Source of the DNA: an uncultured delta proteobacterium
GTDB taxonomy: Bacteria > Desulfobacterota > Desulfobacteria > Desulfobacterales > JAHEIW01
Length of the DNA: 64,000 nt
Reading direction: 5' to 3'
Assembly (NCBI GenBank): GCA_963706575.1
Contig: CAVPNL010000005.1
Coordinates: 64,001 to 128,000, forward strand
The position numbers were made by a program, and so were the translations under genes. Under the pieces are notes generated by a model. It was not told the DNA's origin. It searched no databases and worked only from the letters and a program-made list of their open reading frames with translations. This document shows, one piece after another, positions 7,665 through 18,718 of this stretch (its first letter is position 1; the number at the start of each line of letters is the position of its first letter).

Positions 7665-8111
7665 ATGGAATTTATCAAAATTAGAATTGCCGAAGATTTT
7701 GGTCATCTGGGTTCTGACCTGGAAAAAACGATTGAAGATATGTTTCGCTCGATGAGTCCAACCTTCTCACTTGCCGATCGCACCTGGAAACCGCCGATGG
7801 ACATGAACGAAACGCCGGATGAGATCGTTATCGTTGCCGAGATTGCCGGAGTGGATAAGGATGATCTGGAAGTTGAAATCAGCAGCAAAGCCGTTAGAAT
7901 CCAGGGTAGCCGGATTGCCCGCCATTGCACCGATGACACCACCTACCGGCTCGCCGAAATTCAATACGGCCGCTTCGAAAGAATTCTATATCTGCCAGCG
8001 CCCATTGATCCTGAAGTTGTATCTGCCGGTTACACAAACGGCCTGCTCGAAGTCCGACTGGCAAAAATGCCGATTGAAAAATCCCATAAAATTCCGATAT
8101 CAGAAGGATAA
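7665..8111 (+). CDS. Hsp20/alpha-crystallin family protein
   Basis: 'WKPPMDMNET...AEIAGV', 'AEIQYGRFERILYLP' and 'YTNGLLEVRL'; directly upstream of lon. Confidence 0.92.
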   Translation: MEFIKIRIAEDFGHLGSDLEKTIEDMFRSMSPTFSLADRTWKPPMDMNETPDEIVIVAEIAGVDKDDLEVEISSKAVRIQGSRIARHCTDDTTYRLAEIQYGRFERILYLPAPIDPEVVSAGYTNGLLEVRLAKMPIEKSHKIPISEG

Positions 8112-8195
8112 ATCGAAGGCAATAAGTGGTTTTTTTATTTCGATATTCTTACTTTTTCGATCATAACCCGAACGTGCCATAATCATAACGGTAAA

Positions 8196-8282
8196 AACCA
8201 CAAAGACACAAAGACACAAAGCGCACAAAGAATAATACTTAAAAAGACTAAAGATACTTTGTGATCTTCGTGCCTTTGTGGT
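8196..8282. repeat. Periodic inverted-repeat cassette (CACAAAG type)
   Basis: AACCACAAAGACACAAAGACACAAAGCGCACAAAG ... CTTTGTGATCTTCGTGCCTTTGTGGT. Confidence 0.8.
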
Positions 8283-8337
8283 GGGAAAAATTTTTTAAAA
8301 AAAATGGAAAATTGGACGACTATTTCTGGAGGTAATA

Positions 8338-10734
8338 ATGACGGACCAACCTGTTCAAAAACCACCGGTTGAGATTGATACCGAAAAAATTCCCGAACTG
8401 CTTCCCATACTGCCCTTGTTTGATGCGGCCCTGTTTCCCAAAATGGTGCTGCCGCTGGTGGTAATGCAGGGCGAGTCGGTGCGGCTGGTGGATGAAGCCA
8501 TGGCAAAAAATCGGATCATCGGGCTGGTCGTATCCAAAAAACCGGGGGAGGGCCTTAAGCCGGATAGCGAAGATCTGGCCCAGATCGGAACCAGTGCGTT
8601 AATCTTGAAAATGGCCAAAACCCAGGACAATCGGACCCAGCTTTTGGTGCAGGGCCTCCACCGCTTCAAAATAAAGTCCTGGGAAAATAGCCGGCCCTAT
8701 CTGCGCGCGCGTATCGAACTGCTGGAAGAAAAAGAAATAAAAGACAATGAAACCGAAGCGCTCATGTCAAACCTGGCCGGGCAATTTATCCGCATCATAG
8801 AGCTTTCTCCGGGGCTGCCGCCGGAAATCGGCCAGATGGCAAAATCGATTCCCGAAGCCGGGACCCTGGCGGATATGATTGCCTCTACGATTAATTCCAG
8901 CCCGGAAGAAAAGCAAAAAGTTCTTGAGATACAAAATGTGAAGGAGCGTCTCAAAGAAGTCACCCGTCTGGTGAATCATCAGCTCAGTATCCTCGAACTG
9001 GGAAATAAAATTCAGAGCCAGGTCAAGGGAGACATGGATCAGAGTCAAAAGGAATATTATTTACGGCAGCAGCTCAAGGCCATCAAAGAAGAATTAGGCG
9101 AAACAGATGAAAGTCAGGTAGAAATTGAAGAATACCGGGCCAAAATTAAAGAAAAAAATCTTCCTCAAGAAGCTCTCAAAGAAGCAGAGCGCGAACTGGA
9201 CCGTCTGTCACGCATGCATCCGTCTTCAGCCGAATATACCGTAGCGTCAACCTATCTGGATTGGATCACCGCTTTGCCCTGGCACGAAAACACCGAGGAT
9301 AATGTTGACATCAAAAAAGCACAAAAAATCCTGGATGATGATCATTATGGGCTTGAGAAGCCCAAAAAGCGCATTATTGAATATCTGGCGGTCCGCAAAT
9401 TGAAACCCGAATCAAAAGGGCCGATTTTATGTTTTGCGGGCCCTCCGGGGACCGGAAAGACATCCCTGGGACAGTCAATCGCACGTGCCCTGGGCCGCAA
9501 GTTTCACCGCATTTCCCTGGGCGGCGTCAGAGACGAGGCCGAAATCAGAGGCCACCGGCGCACCTATGTCGGAGCGCTTCCCGGACGCATTATTCAGGGC
9601 CTGCGGCGGGCTGAATCCAATAACCCGGTCTTTATGCTGGATGAAATTGACAAGGTGGGCAGTGATTTTCGGGGTGACCCGTCTTCCGCACTTCTGGAAG
9701 TGCTGGATCCTGAACAGAATTTTTCTTTTAGCGATCATTATCTGGATGTGCCTTTTGATCTCTCCAAAGTCATGTTCATCACAACCGCAAACATCTTAGA
9801 TACCATACCGCCGGCATTGCGGGACCGGATGGAAGTTTTGATGCTGCACGGATACACCCTGGATGAAAAACTGAAAATCGCCAACCGCTTCCTCATTCCC
9901 CGGCAGCGGGATGAACACGGCATCAAGGCCAAGCAGATAAAATTTAACCAGAGTGCGGTTAAACAAATTATCACGGGTTACACCCGTGAAGCCGGACTGC
10001 GTAATCTGGAACGGGAAATCGCCAGCGTTTGTCGCGGTGTCGCCAGCAAGATTGCCGCCGGCAAGGTAAAGTCCGTAACCATCAAAGTAGACGATATCCA
10101 CGGGTACCTCGGCCCCATCCGATTTACGTCTGAAACCAAGGCCAGAGTGACCACACCCGGCGTCGCCACCGGCCTGGCCTGGACGCCAACCGGCGGCGAA
10201 CTTTTGTTTATCGAGGCCACCGCAATGAAAGGGAAAAATGGCCTGATCCTGACCGGGCAGCTGGGGGATGTGATGAAAGAATCGGCAACAGCCGCCTTGA
10301 GTTTTATCCGCGCAAATGCCAAAAAACTAAAAGTCGCTGAAGATTTTTTCGATACCCATGATATACATATTCATGTGCCCGCCGGTGCGATACCCAAAGA
10401 CGGGCCTTCGGCCGGCGTTACCATGCTCACCGCTTTAATCTCGCTGTTGACCGACAAGACCATTCATAAGGATCTGGCCATGACCGGTGAGATTACCTTA
10501 AGAGGTCAGGTGTTGCCGGTTGGCGGTGTCAAAGAAAAAGTGCTGGCTGCGCATCGGGCCGGCATCAGGGAAATTATCCTGCCGGAATGGAACCAGAAGG
10601 ATCTGGAGGACATACCGCCAAAGGTTAAAAAGGAGATTCGCTTTCATTTTGTCGACAAAATGATTAAAGTTCTTGAAATCGCACTGGATCGTAAAAAGCC
10701 GCCGGCTCGCAAAAGAAAGCGAAAAAAAACATAG
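8338..10734 (+). CDS. lon: ATP-dependent protease La (Lon)
   Basis: LON N domain, Walker A GPPGTGKT, Walker B LDEIDK, catalytic PKDGPSAG and GGVKEK; SD GGAGG. Confidence 0.98.
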   Translation: MTDQPVQKPPVEIDTEKIPELLPILPLFDAALFPKMVLPLVVMQGESVRLVDEAMAKNRIIGLVVSKKPGEGLKPDSEDLAQIGTSALILKMAKTQDNRTQLLVQGLHRFKIKSWENSRPYLRARIELLEEKEIKDNETEALMSNLAGQFIRIIELSPGLPPEIGQMAKSIPEAGTLADMIASTINSSPEEKQKVLEIQNVKERLKEVTRLVNHQLSILELGNKIQSQVKGDMDQSQKEYYLRQQLKAIKEELGETDESQVEIEEYRAKIKEKNLPQEALKEAERELDRLSRMHPSSAEYTVASTYLDWITALPWHENTEDNVDIKKAQKILDDDHYGLEKPKKRIIEYLAVRKLKPESKGPILCFAGPPGTGKTSLGQSIARALGRKFHRISLGGVRDEAEIRGHRRTYVGALPGRIIQGLRRAESNNPVFMLDEIDKVGSDFRGDPSSALLEVLDPEQNFSFSDHYLDVPFDLSKVMFITTANILDTIPPALRDRMEVLMLHGYTLDEKLKIANRFLIPRQRDEHGIKAKQIKFNQSAVKQIITGYTREAGLRNLEREIASVCRGVASKIAAGKVKSVTIKVDDIHGYLGPIRFTSETKARVTTPGVATGLAWTPTGGELLFIEATAMKGKNGLILTGQLGDVMKESATAALSFIRANAKKLKVAEDFFDTHDIHIHVPAGAIPKDGPSAGVTMLTALISLLTDKTIHKDLAMTGEITLRGQVLPVGGVKEKVLAAHRAGIREIILPEWNQKDLEDIPPKVKKEIRFHFVDKMIKVLEIALDRKKPPARKRKRKKT

Positions 10735-10770
10735 CTCATCGTATCAGGATTTTTACAACGCCTTGCTCTT

Positions 10771-11547
10771 ATGGACAACAGAACACGTGTGCGCACATTG
10801 TTAATCGGTTGCCGTATCATCTTTATCTTTACGTTGTTTGCTTTATTTATCTGCGCGTGTGCGAGCAGTACATCCACTTATTCACCACCGCCGCCCAGCA
10901 AACCCGGCCATCCAAAACCCTATAAAGTACTCGGCAAATGGTATCAGCCGCTGCCGCATTCCGAAGGTTTTCGCCAGAGCGGCCTGGCCTCCTGGTATGG
11001 GCGGGATTTTCACGGCAAAAAAACATCAAATGGTGAGATTTACAACATGTATGCCATGACCGCTGCTCATAAAACACTGCCGTTGGGCACTTATGTAAAG
11101 GTGCACAACCAGGAAAACAATCGCAGCATTGTCGTCAGAATCAATGATCGCGGTCCCTTTGTGCGCGGCCGGATCATTGATTTGTCTTACACGGCCGCCA
11201 AAGATATCGGAATCGTGGGTCCGGGGACCGCCCGGGTCGAAGTGGTTGCCCTGGGCAGGCGAACGTCAACTTCCGGCGGCACGGCGTCGACTTACACTAC
11301 CGAGGATTATTCTCACGGCAAATTCACCTTTCAGGTCGGCGCCTTTTTGGATCGTGAAAATGCCGAAAGACAAAAGCGTGAACTGGCGCAACGGTATAAA
11401 AATGCGCACATTGCGGTTTATGACAGAGGAGATAAAATCTTTTATCGGGTCCGGGTCGGCCGATTTACAACGCTGCAAGAGGCCGTTCAACAGGAAGAAA
11501 TTCTGATAAAGGACGGATTCCCGGATGCCATTCTGGTGGCCGAATAG
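10771..11547 (+). CDS. rlpA: Septal ring lytic transglycosylase RlpA family lipoprotein (DPBB + SPOR)
   Basis: 'GLASWYG', 'TAAHKTLP' and 'RINDRGPFV.GRIIDLS'; C-terminal SPOR 'QVGAF...YRVRVG'. Confidence 0.93.
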   Translation: MDNRTRVRTLLIGCRIIFIFTLFALFICACASSTSTYSPPPPSKPGHPKPYKVLGKWYQPLPHSEGFRQSGLASWYGRDFHGKKTSNGEIYNMYAMTAAHKTLPLGTYVKVHNQENNRSIVVRINDRGPFVRGRIIDLSYTAAKDIGIVGPGTARVEVVALGRRTSTSGGTASTYTTEDYSHGKFTFQVGAFLDRENAERQKRELAQRYKNAHIAVYDRGDKIFYRVRVGRFTTLQEAVQQEEILIKDGFPDAILVAE

Positions 11548-11586
11548 ACAACATGATCTGCAGTTTGATGTATTGGAGGTAAAATC

Positions 11587-13083
11587 ATGATTCAATCTCA
11601 ACATAACCTATGGGAAGCAGTCTTGCGGCACCGGATGGGTTCGATCCTGTTGGTTACCATTATTGCACTGACAGTCACGTTGCCCTCGATTGTGAAGGGC
11701 GCCGGATCGGATTCAGTTTCAGCGAAAACGCTGGTGCAGAATGAACCATGGATTGGTGATTTTGACAAAATGGCCGAAAAGCGGCAGATTCGGGTGTTAG
11801 TGACCTACAGCAAAACATTTTATTTTTTAGATCGCGGCCATCAGCGCGGTATCTCCTATGATCTACTCAAAGAATTTGAGAAATATGTCAACAAAAAGCC
11901 TAAAGCAAAAACATTGAAAATAAATGTTGTGTTTATTCCAGTCCGGCGGGATGAACTGATCCCCGGTCTTGTGAAGGGTTTGGGGGACATTGCCGTCGCC
12001 AATCTGACCATAACTGCGCAACGCCAAAAATTGGTGGATTTTTCCAGCCCTCTTTTGACCGGTGTAAGCGAAGTGCTCGTAACCGGGCCCGCGGCACCAC
12101 CGGTGGTCAGCCTTGATGATCTTGCGGGAAAGGAAATCCACGTTCGCAAGTCCAGCAGTTATTATGAAAGCCTTGTTCAACTCAATGCGTCGTTCGAAAA
12201 AAACGATAAACAGCCGATGCAGCTTATTTTGGCGGATGCCACGCTTGAGGATGAGGATTTGCTGGAAATGGTAAATGCTGGCCTTATACCGATGATCGTC
12301 ATGGACAGCCACAAGGCGCAATTCTGGACCCAGATTTTTGAAAAGATCCAGGTTCATTCCAAAATTACCGCGAGGACGGGTGGCGAGATTGCCTGGGCCT
12401 TTCGTAAGAACAGTCCCAAGCTTAAAGCCGTGATCAATGAATTCGTTAAAGGCCACAAAAAGGGTACGCTGATCGGCAATATGTTATTTAAACGCTATTT
12501 AAAGAACACCCAATATGTCAAAAATTCTGTATCCGAACAGGAGTTGAGAAAATTCGAAGCCATGATCCAACTTTTCAAGAAATACGCAGACCATTATGAC
12601 TTTGATTATTTGATGCTTGCCGCCCAGGCCTACCAGGAGTCCGGTCTGGATCACAGCAAAAGGAGTCCAGCGGGTGCAATTGGCGTCATGCAAGTGCTGC
12701 CGGCTACGGCTTCGGATCCTAATGTCAACATACCTGAGATTGAAAAGCTGGAAAACAATATCCATGCCGGCACGAAATACCTGCGATTTATTATTAATCA
12801 ATACTATAAAGACGAACCCATGGACGACGTTAACAAAATGCTCTTTGCATTCGCATCATACAACGCTGGGCCGGAAAAGGTGAACAGACTTCGCAAAAGA
12901 ACCGCTGCATTGGGACTGGATCCCAATGTATGGTTTCATAATGTGGAGATTGCCGCAGCCGAGGTAATCGGTCGTGAGACGGCCCAGTACGTCAGTAACA
13001 TTTACAAATACTACATCACCTACCGACTGGTTGCAAAACAAAGAGAGAGAAAACAAAGGATGATAAACGAAAAAACAGCATGA
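11587..13083 (+). CDS. MltF-like lytic transglycosylase (SBP_bac_3 + SLT domains)
   Basis: Substrate-binding domain 'GDIAVANLTIT'; SLT motifs 'AYQES', 'GAIGVMQV' and 'ASYNAGP'. Confidence 0.88.
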   Translation: MIQSQHNLWEAVLRHRMGSILLVTIIALTVTLPSIVKGAGSDSVSAKTLVQNEPWIGDFDKMAEKRQIRVLVTYSKTFYFLDRGHQRGISYDLLKEFEKYVNKKPKAKTLKINVVFIPVRRDELIPGLVKGLGDIAVANLTITAQRQKLVDFSSPLLTGVSEVLVTGPAAPPVVSLDDLAGKEIHVRKSSSYYESLVQLNASFEKNDKQPMQLILADATLEDEDLLEMVNAGLIPMIVMDSHKAQFWTQIFEKIQVHSKITARTGGEIAWAFRKNSPKLKAVINEFVKGHKKGTLIGNMLFKRYLKNTQYVKNSVSEQELRKFEAMIQLFKKYADHYDFDYLMLAAQAYQESGLDHSKRSPAGAIGVMQVLPATASDPNVNIPEIEKLENNIHAGTKYLRFIINQYYKDEPMDDVNKMLFAFASYNAGPEKVNRLRKRTAALGLDPNVWFHNVEIAAAEVIGRETAQYVSNIYKYYITYRLVAKQRERKQRMINEKTA

Positions 13084-15575
13084 AAAATGAAGCATGCTTA
13101 AAAAATGCACGCACAAATGATCCTGATCGGAGTTCACTCATGAGACATTCTGCAAAGAAAATCCTTTGCGTCGTGTTGCCGATAGCCGTACTTCTGATAT
13201 CAAGCCATGTGCTGGCCCAAGAGCAATCCAGTGGCGATCAAACCTCGGGAACGAAACGAGATGTATCTGTGTCAGCATCGGATCTGGCCGATATCATACC
13301 GAAAGCGACAAAATTGTCCGCAGATCTGGCGACCCTTGAAAACAGGGCTACCGGTCTCCCGGATGTCGCAGAATTTGAAAAAAAGTACGCCCGGATCGAG
13401 GAGAATCTAAAGGTTCCTGCCGCTCAATTACAACAGATAAAGGACTCAAAAGATGGTCGCTTAAATAAGCTTGTGGAACTGAGGAAGGTAATCGAGCGGG
13501 AAAAGGAATTATTCGAAGAAATCAGCAGACCCCTTAGTGAAGCCATTCGTCAATGCGGCGATTGGAGAAACGCTTGGCAGGCAGAGAAGCAAAATTGGAG
13601 CCAGTGGGAGTCTGCCCTAATCGAAGATGGAGATCTGGCCCAACTCAAAGCGACTTTTGAAAAGGCAAAGGGCACGATCGACAAGGCTTTGGAAATCGTC
13701 CGTTCGCAACTGAATTCGATGCTGACGGCCCAGGAGAGAGCCGGCAATATTCAGGCAAAAATAGTTGCGCTTAGCGCAGAGATAGACTCTATGATTTTAG
13801 CCACCCGTTCCGGTGTCAGGGTCAGCCTGTCTCCTCCGATGTTTTCGTCGCGGTATTTTGATCAGTATTCAAACGAGTTGTGGTACGCATTGCAAAAAGG
13901 CCTGACTGATATCTCATGGCCGGGCAGCCGTTTCATGGATCAACAGGGGTTGATCGTCTTTCTCCATATTTTGTTTTCTCTGATTGTGATCATCGCCGTC
14001 TTTCGCAAACGACAGGTGCTCAACGATTCGGAACGCTGGCGGTTTGTGGCAGCACGGCCTTATTCCGCAGGATTGTTTTTTGGCTCGCTAGCGTCAATGT
14101 GGCTTTATGAATATCGGGGGTTTCAAGACACGTGGGGACTTTTCATTACGATGTTCGCCGGCTTCGCCTTTGCACGACTTATCAGCGCTTTGAATGTGGC
14201 CTTCTGGAAAAGGCAGTTTGTATATGGGTTAATCATCGTTTTGACCGTCACCAGACTGCTGCAGGTGGTCATGTTGCCGCTTCCACTATTCCGACTATAC
14301 ATGGTTTTGGCTGCGTTGGCAGGCCTTGTCTTCTGCTGGCGGTGGGCCCGCGAAAGTGGGCGTCAAAACGACCCGCACTTTTATCGCCGGTTGCTTCGGA
14401 TGGGCGCTTTCGTTTTTGCCTTCATCATCATTGCGGATATTTGGGGCAAACAAGGGTTGGCCGATTTTCTGTTCCTATCTCTAATACGTTCGACGGCAAC
14501 TGTGCTTGCCTTTATGTTGTTCATGTACATGATTCGCGGGTCTTTGGAGTGGGTATTGCGTCGTCCATCTCTCAAACGAACGGCATTGTTTTACAGGGAT
14601 GCCGACGTCATCATTCGCCGGGTGACCCTATTTACGGATGTTGCCATATGTGGCCTGCTTCTGCTGCCCGCTAATCTGTTGATCTGGGGAGTTTTCGATA
14701 GCTTGCCGGCGGCGATAAAAGGTTTGCTGGCACTTGGGTTTAACCTGGGGTCCCAACGGATTAGTGTGGGTCTGGTGATTATTTCAGCAGGCATCCTTTA
14801 TGGATCGTTTCTGGCATCCTGGATGGTCCAGAAAATGCTGATGGATGACGTGCTCGCCAGGCGTCGCGTGGAAATCGGGGTCCGGGTTTCAATCGTAAGA
14901 TTGGTTCACTATGTCTTCATATTTGTCGGCTTCCTTTTGGCGCTCCTGGCACTCGGGTTCGAGTTTACAAAACTCACCATCATATTGAGTGCGCTCGGCA
15001 TCGGCATCGGCTTTGGCCTGCAAAGCATCGTCAACAATCTTGTCAGCGGACTCATTCTGCTCTTTGAACGACCTGTCAGGGTGGGTGATTTTATCGAGAT
15101 CGGTGAGAAGTGGGCTGAAATCAAAAAGATCGGTCTTCGAGCCACAACCGTCCAAACCTTCGACCAGGCAGATGTGATCATCCCCAACGCCGATCTTGTC
15201 ACCAATCAGGTGATCAATTGGACGCTTAGCAATCGGCGCGTGCGGCTTATCATTCCGGTGGGAGTGGCCTATGGTTCGGACGTTTCCCTGGTGATCGAAA
15301 CGCTGCTGGCAAGCGTCAAGGAAAACTCAAAGATTGCCGAAGCACCCACCCCTCAGGTGTTATTTTTGAAATTCGGAGAGAGCGCTCTCGAGTTCGAGCT
15401 TCGCGTCTGGGTGTTGGATGCCGAAAACAGACTGGTCGTAAGCAGTGAACTTCACCAGGAGATTGACAGGAGATTCAGGGAAGCGAAAATCGAGATTGCC
15501 TTTCCCCAGCGGGATCTGCATCTGCGCAGTCTGGATGACTCGGTCATTTTGCAGCCATCGGAGACGACAAGATAA
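13080..15575 (+). CDS. Large mechanosensitive channel, MscS/MscK-like
   Basis: Periplasmic coiled coil, many TM segments and MscS core 'ALGIGIGFGLQSIVNNLVSGLILLFERPVRVGD...IAFPQRDLH'. The start may be 13140. Confidence 0.9.
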   Translation: MKNEACLKNARTNDPDRSSLMRHSAKKILCVVLPIAVLLISSHVLAQEQSSGDQTSGTKRDVSVSASDLADIIPKATKLSADLATLENRATGLPDVAEFEKKYARIEENLKVPAAQLQQIKDSKDGRLNKLVELRKVIEREKELFEEISRPLSEAIRQCGDWRNAWQAEKQNWSQWESALIEDGDLAQLKATFEKAKGTIDKALEIVRSQLNSMLTAQERAGNIQAKIVALSAEIDSMILATRSGVRVSLSPPMFSSRYFDQYSNELWYALQKGLTDISWPGSRFMDQQGLIVFLHILFSLIVIIAVFRKRQVLNDSERWRFVAARPYSAGLFFGSLASMWLYEYRGFQDTWGLFITMFAGFAFARLISALNVAFWKRQFVYGLIIVLTVTRLLQVVMLPLPLFRLYMVLAALAGLVFCWRWARESGRQNDPHFYRRLLRMGAFVFAFIIIADIWGKQGLADFLFLSLIRSTATVLAFMLFMYMIRGSLEWVLRRPSLKRTALFYRDADVIIRRVTLFTDVAICGLLLLPANLLIWGVFDSLPAAIKGLLALGFNLGSQRISVGLVIISAGILYGSFLASWMVQKMLMDDVLARRRVEIGVRVSIVRLVHYVFIFVGFLLALLALGFEFTKLTIILSALGIGIGFGLQSIVNNLVSGLILLFERPVRVGDFIEIGEKWAEIKKIGLRATTVQTFDQADVIIPNADLVTNQVINWTLSNRRVRLIIPVGVAYGSDVSLVIETLLASVKENSKIAEAPTPQVLFLKFGESALEFELRVWVLDAENRLVVSSELHQEIDRRFREAKIEIAFPQRDLHLRSLDDSVILQPSETTR

Positions 15576-15886
15576 CGTTATTGTTGCGCTTAATATATCG
15601 CCAATCCTTGGATATTTGGGTTTTTAGCAGGCATTTCGGTCGATATCAAATCTGAAGACAGAAAGATTCTATCTCATAAAAATCATTGCTTTTTGGATGG
15701 CGCTCATCTATAAACAAACGCCATATTCCAAGATATGGCGCCGACGGGTTTGCCATAAGTTACAGCCTTTGAACATCCAATACATATGTTTCTGCTTCGG
15801 CAGCGGGCATCAATCTTTTACTAATTCTCTTGTTTATCACCTTAGGTTCTAAGTTATTCTGCGCTTAAAATTACAGCGGAGAGGTT

Positions 15887-16297
15887 ATGCAACCGATTGT
15901 ATCCTCTGGAATACTTTCACCGTGGGAACCGGGTATCTTCAGCCTGGCGATTTATGTGATTCTCATTCTGGTTTTTGTCGCATCTCAGCTGTTCATTGCG
16001 GTCTGGCTCGGGGAAAAGAAAAAAACCGTCGAAAAATTAAGGCCTTATGAAAGCGGTATTATTCCCACCGGAGCCGCGCGTCTGCGTTATCCCGTCCCTT
16101 TTTATCTGGTGGCCATCTTTTTTCTCATTTTTGACGTGGAAGGCGCCTTTATTTTTGCCTGGGCCATCGCCCACGGAGAACTGGGCTGGGCGGGATGGAT
16201 GCAAATTTCATTTTTTATCGTATTGTTGCTGCTGGGTCTTGTTTATATCTGGCGAAAAGGGGGTCTTGATTGGGGGCCGATAGCCCAAAAGGATTAA
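15887..16297 (+). CDS. nuoA: NADH-quinone oxidoreductase subunit A
   Basis: 'PYESGI', '[14 protein letters not shown]' and 'WRKGGLDW'. Confidence 0.96.
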   Translation: MQPIVSSGILSPWEPGIFSLAIYVILILVFVASQLFIAVWLGEKKKTVEKLRPYESGIIPTGAARLRYPVPFYLVAIFFLIFDVEGAFIFAWAIAHGELGWAGWMQISFFIVLLLLGLVYIWRKGGLDWGPIAQKD

Positions 16298-18657
16298 GCC
16301 AGCGTTTGCTGGGCGGAACAGACGCCCTGGTTAACTGGGCGCGAAAATACAGCCTGTGGCCCATGTTTTTTGGGCTCTCATGCTGTTTTGTCGAGGAGGC
16401 GACCGCCCTGACCGCACGTTACGATATGGCCCGTTTCGGAGCGGAAGTCCTGCGCCCCTCCCCGCGGCAGGCCGATCTTTTGATTATCGCCGGCACCGTC
16501 TTTAAAAAAATTGCCCCGGTTGTTCTGCGTCTATATGAGCAGATGGCGGAGCCTAAATGGGTGATCTCCATGGGCTCCTGCTCCAACTGCGGGGGCATGT
16601 ATGACGTTTACAGCGTGGTTCAGGGTGTCGATCAGATTTTACCGGTGGATGTTTATATACCGGGCTGCCCGCCCCGGCCGGAGGCCGTTCTGCAGGGGCT
16701 TGTCATGCTGCAGAAAAAAATTGAAACGGAGAGCCCCGCCCGCTCTATTTTTCATTTAAAGGGCGGCAGCCAGGGAAGCGTCAAGCCCATTCTGGTGGAC
16801 GACCGGACCAAATCCCGCGACCCCCGGGGTCCGGGCATGGAAGGCACCGCCATTCGCGGGACGTCGGCGGTGCCGCCAGAATTCCGGGACAGCCGCTCAG
16901 ATCTCATGTGGGCCCCGCCGCCCCGGCAAATCGAACTCAATCATTCCGATCAAGATCTGACCCGGGTCCTGGGCGCGCAATTCGGCGATGCCGTTGCGCC
17001 TGTTGCGCCGATATCCGATATGCTCACCTTGCAGGTTGCCGAAAACCGGTTTAAAGATGTGCTGCGTTACCTGAAGACCGAGGCAACGCCCAAATATCAG
17101 CGTCTGGATGATCTGACCGCCATTGACGAATCCGCCCGCAGGCAGCCGCAAAACTATCCGGACTACACGATGGTCTATCATCTGCTGTCCTTTGACTCCG
17201 CCAGCCGGCTGCGGCTGAAAGTGCCGTTGCAGGGTCAGGATCCCGTCACCCGGAGCATCACCGATATCTGGCCCTCGGCCAACTGGTATGAGCGGGAAGT
17301 ATTCGATCTGATGGGAATTCGTTTCGAGGGCCATCCGAACCTTTCCCGTATTATCATGCCGCCCGACTGGCAGGGGCATCCGTTAAGAAAAAGCCATCCG
17401 GGTAGAGCCACCGAAATGGCACCTTATACCCGTATAGATGCCGAGAAACTGCAACCTTTAGACGGCGGTGTTTATGCCAAAACGGCGGCAGCTGAGCACC
17501 AATTGATTTTAAATATCGGTCCCCATCATGTCAGCACCCACGGTTTGTTGCGCTATATTGCTTCTTTAAACGGAGAGGAAATCACCGGCCTGGACATGGA
17601 AATCGGCTATCACCACCGGGCCGTCGAAAAAATCGGCGAACGCCAGACCTGGCACCAGTTTATTCCCTATCTGGCACGGGTCGACTACCTGGCCGGGGCG
17701 GCCAATGATCTCCCCTATCTTCTGGCGCTTGAAACCCTGGCTGATATAAAAGTCCCGCAGCGCGCTCAGGTGATCCGGGTGATGCTCAGTGAACTCTTTC
17801 GCCTGAGCAACCATCTGGTCTGGTTTGCGACCTATGCCCACGATGTCGGGGCCATGACGCCGAATTTTTATACCTTTCGCGAACGGGAAATGATTCTCGA
17901 TATTGTCGAACGCATTACCGGAGGACGCTTGCACCCCTCCTGGTTCCGGATCGGCGGGGTGGCCGCGGACCTGCCCGAAGGGTGGAAACCGGCGGTCGAT
18001 GAATTTGTCAAAATATTCCCGCAGCGCTTGCAGGAATACGAGAATTTGATACGTGAAAACCCCATCTTCAAGGCCCGCACCCAGGGTGTCGGTCGCATCT
18101 CATTGCAGGATGCCATGGACTGGGGGGTGACCGGACCCAATCTGCGAAGTTGCGGACTGGAATGGGATTTGCGCAAAAAAATGCCTTATTCGGGGTACGA
18201 AAATTTTGAGTTTGAAATTCCCACTGCAACCGGTGGAGATTGTTATGCCCGCTATCTGGTGCGTGTCGAAGAAATGCGTCAGAGTTTGCGTATCATCGAC
18301 CAGGCGGCCAACAACATGCCCGCCGGCCGTTATGTGACCGATGATTACCGTTATGTGATTCCCAAACGCGAAGACATGCTGAAGGATATCGAAAGCCTGA
18401 TCCATCATTTTGTCAATGTGACCCGCGGGCCAAGAATTCCAGGAGGCGAGGCCTATGCGGCCTGTGAAATACCCAGAGGGGAACAGGGCTATTACGTGGT
18501 CAGCGACGGGCTGGGCTATGCTTATCGGGTGCGCATCCGCGGGCCCGGCTTTGCCAATGTCCAGGTCATGCCAATGATGGCTGTCGGTGAGAGTATCGCG
18601 GATTTAATCGCCATCATTGGTTCGGTTGATTATATTTTGCCGGATATCGACCGTTAA
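16270..18657 (+). CDS. nuoBCD: NADH-quinone oxidoreductase fused subunits B/C/D
   Basis: One ORF holds NuoB ([21 protein letters not shown]), NuoC ([13 protein letters not shown]...GHPLRK) and NuoD (NIGPHH.STHG, RVDY, PDIDR). TTG start. Confidence 0.95.
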   Translation: MGADSPKGLSQRLLGGTDALVNWARKYSLWPMFFGLSCCFVEEATALTARYDMARFGAEVLRPSPRQADLLIIAGTVFKKIAPVVLRLYEQMAEPKWVISMGSCSNCGGMYDVYSVVQGVDQILPVDVYIPGCPPRPEAVLQGLVMLQKKIETESPARSIFHLKGGSQGSVKPILVDDRTKSRDPRGPGMEGTAIRGTSAVPPEFRDSRSDLMWAPPPRQIELNHSDQDLTRVLGAQFGDAVAPVAPISDMLTLQVAENRFKDVLRYLKTEATPKYQRLDDLTAIDESARRQPQNYPDYTMVYHLLSFDSASRLRLKVPLQGQDPVTRSITDIWPSANWYEREVFDLMGIRFEGHPNLSRIIMPPDWQGHPLRKSHPGRATEMAPYTRIDAEKLQPLDGGVYAKTAAAEHQLILNIGPHHVSTHGLLRYIASLNGEEITGLDMEIGYHHRAVEKIGERQTWHQFIPYLARVDYLAGAANDLPYLLALETLADIKVPQRAQVIRVMLSELFRLSNHLVWFATYAHDVGAMTPNFYTFREREMILDIVERITGGRLHPSWFRIGGVAADLPEGWKPAVDEFVKIFPQRLQEYENLIRENPIFKARTQGVGRISLQDAMDWGVTGPNLRSCGLEWDLRKKMPYSGYENFEFEIPTATGGDCYARYLVRVEEMRQSLRIIDQAANNMPAGRYVTDDYRYVIPKREDMLKDIESLIHHFVNVTRGPRIPGGEAYAACEIPRGEQGYYVVSDGLGYAYRVRIRGPGFANVQVMPMMAVGESIADLIAIIGSVDYILPDIDR

Positions 18658-18660
18658 CTC

Positions 18661-18715
18661 GATTGCGGAATGCGGATTTCTGAATGAAGAAAGGTTACTT
18701 GTAAGTTACTTAGCT
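18661..18715. repeat. Heptamer array remnant in the nuoD-nuoE spacer
   Basis: GATTGCG GAATGCG GATTTCT directly after the nuoD stop, and GTTACTT twice further on. Confidence 0.6.
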
Positions 18716-18718
18716 ATT

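Noticed and set aside
8183..8506. 107-aa minus-strand ORF
   Set aside because: It is antisense to lon and runs through the CACAAAG repeat cassette.
15719..15740. Palindrome CGCCATAT-N6-ATATGGCG upstream of nuoA
   Set aside because: Single occurrence that does not match the Rex or FNR consensus; too little evidence to call an operator.
18617..18718. N-terminal extension of nuoE in the ORF track
   Set aside because: It overlaps nuoD and translates the heptamer repeat; ATG 18719 gives a normal-sized NuoE.
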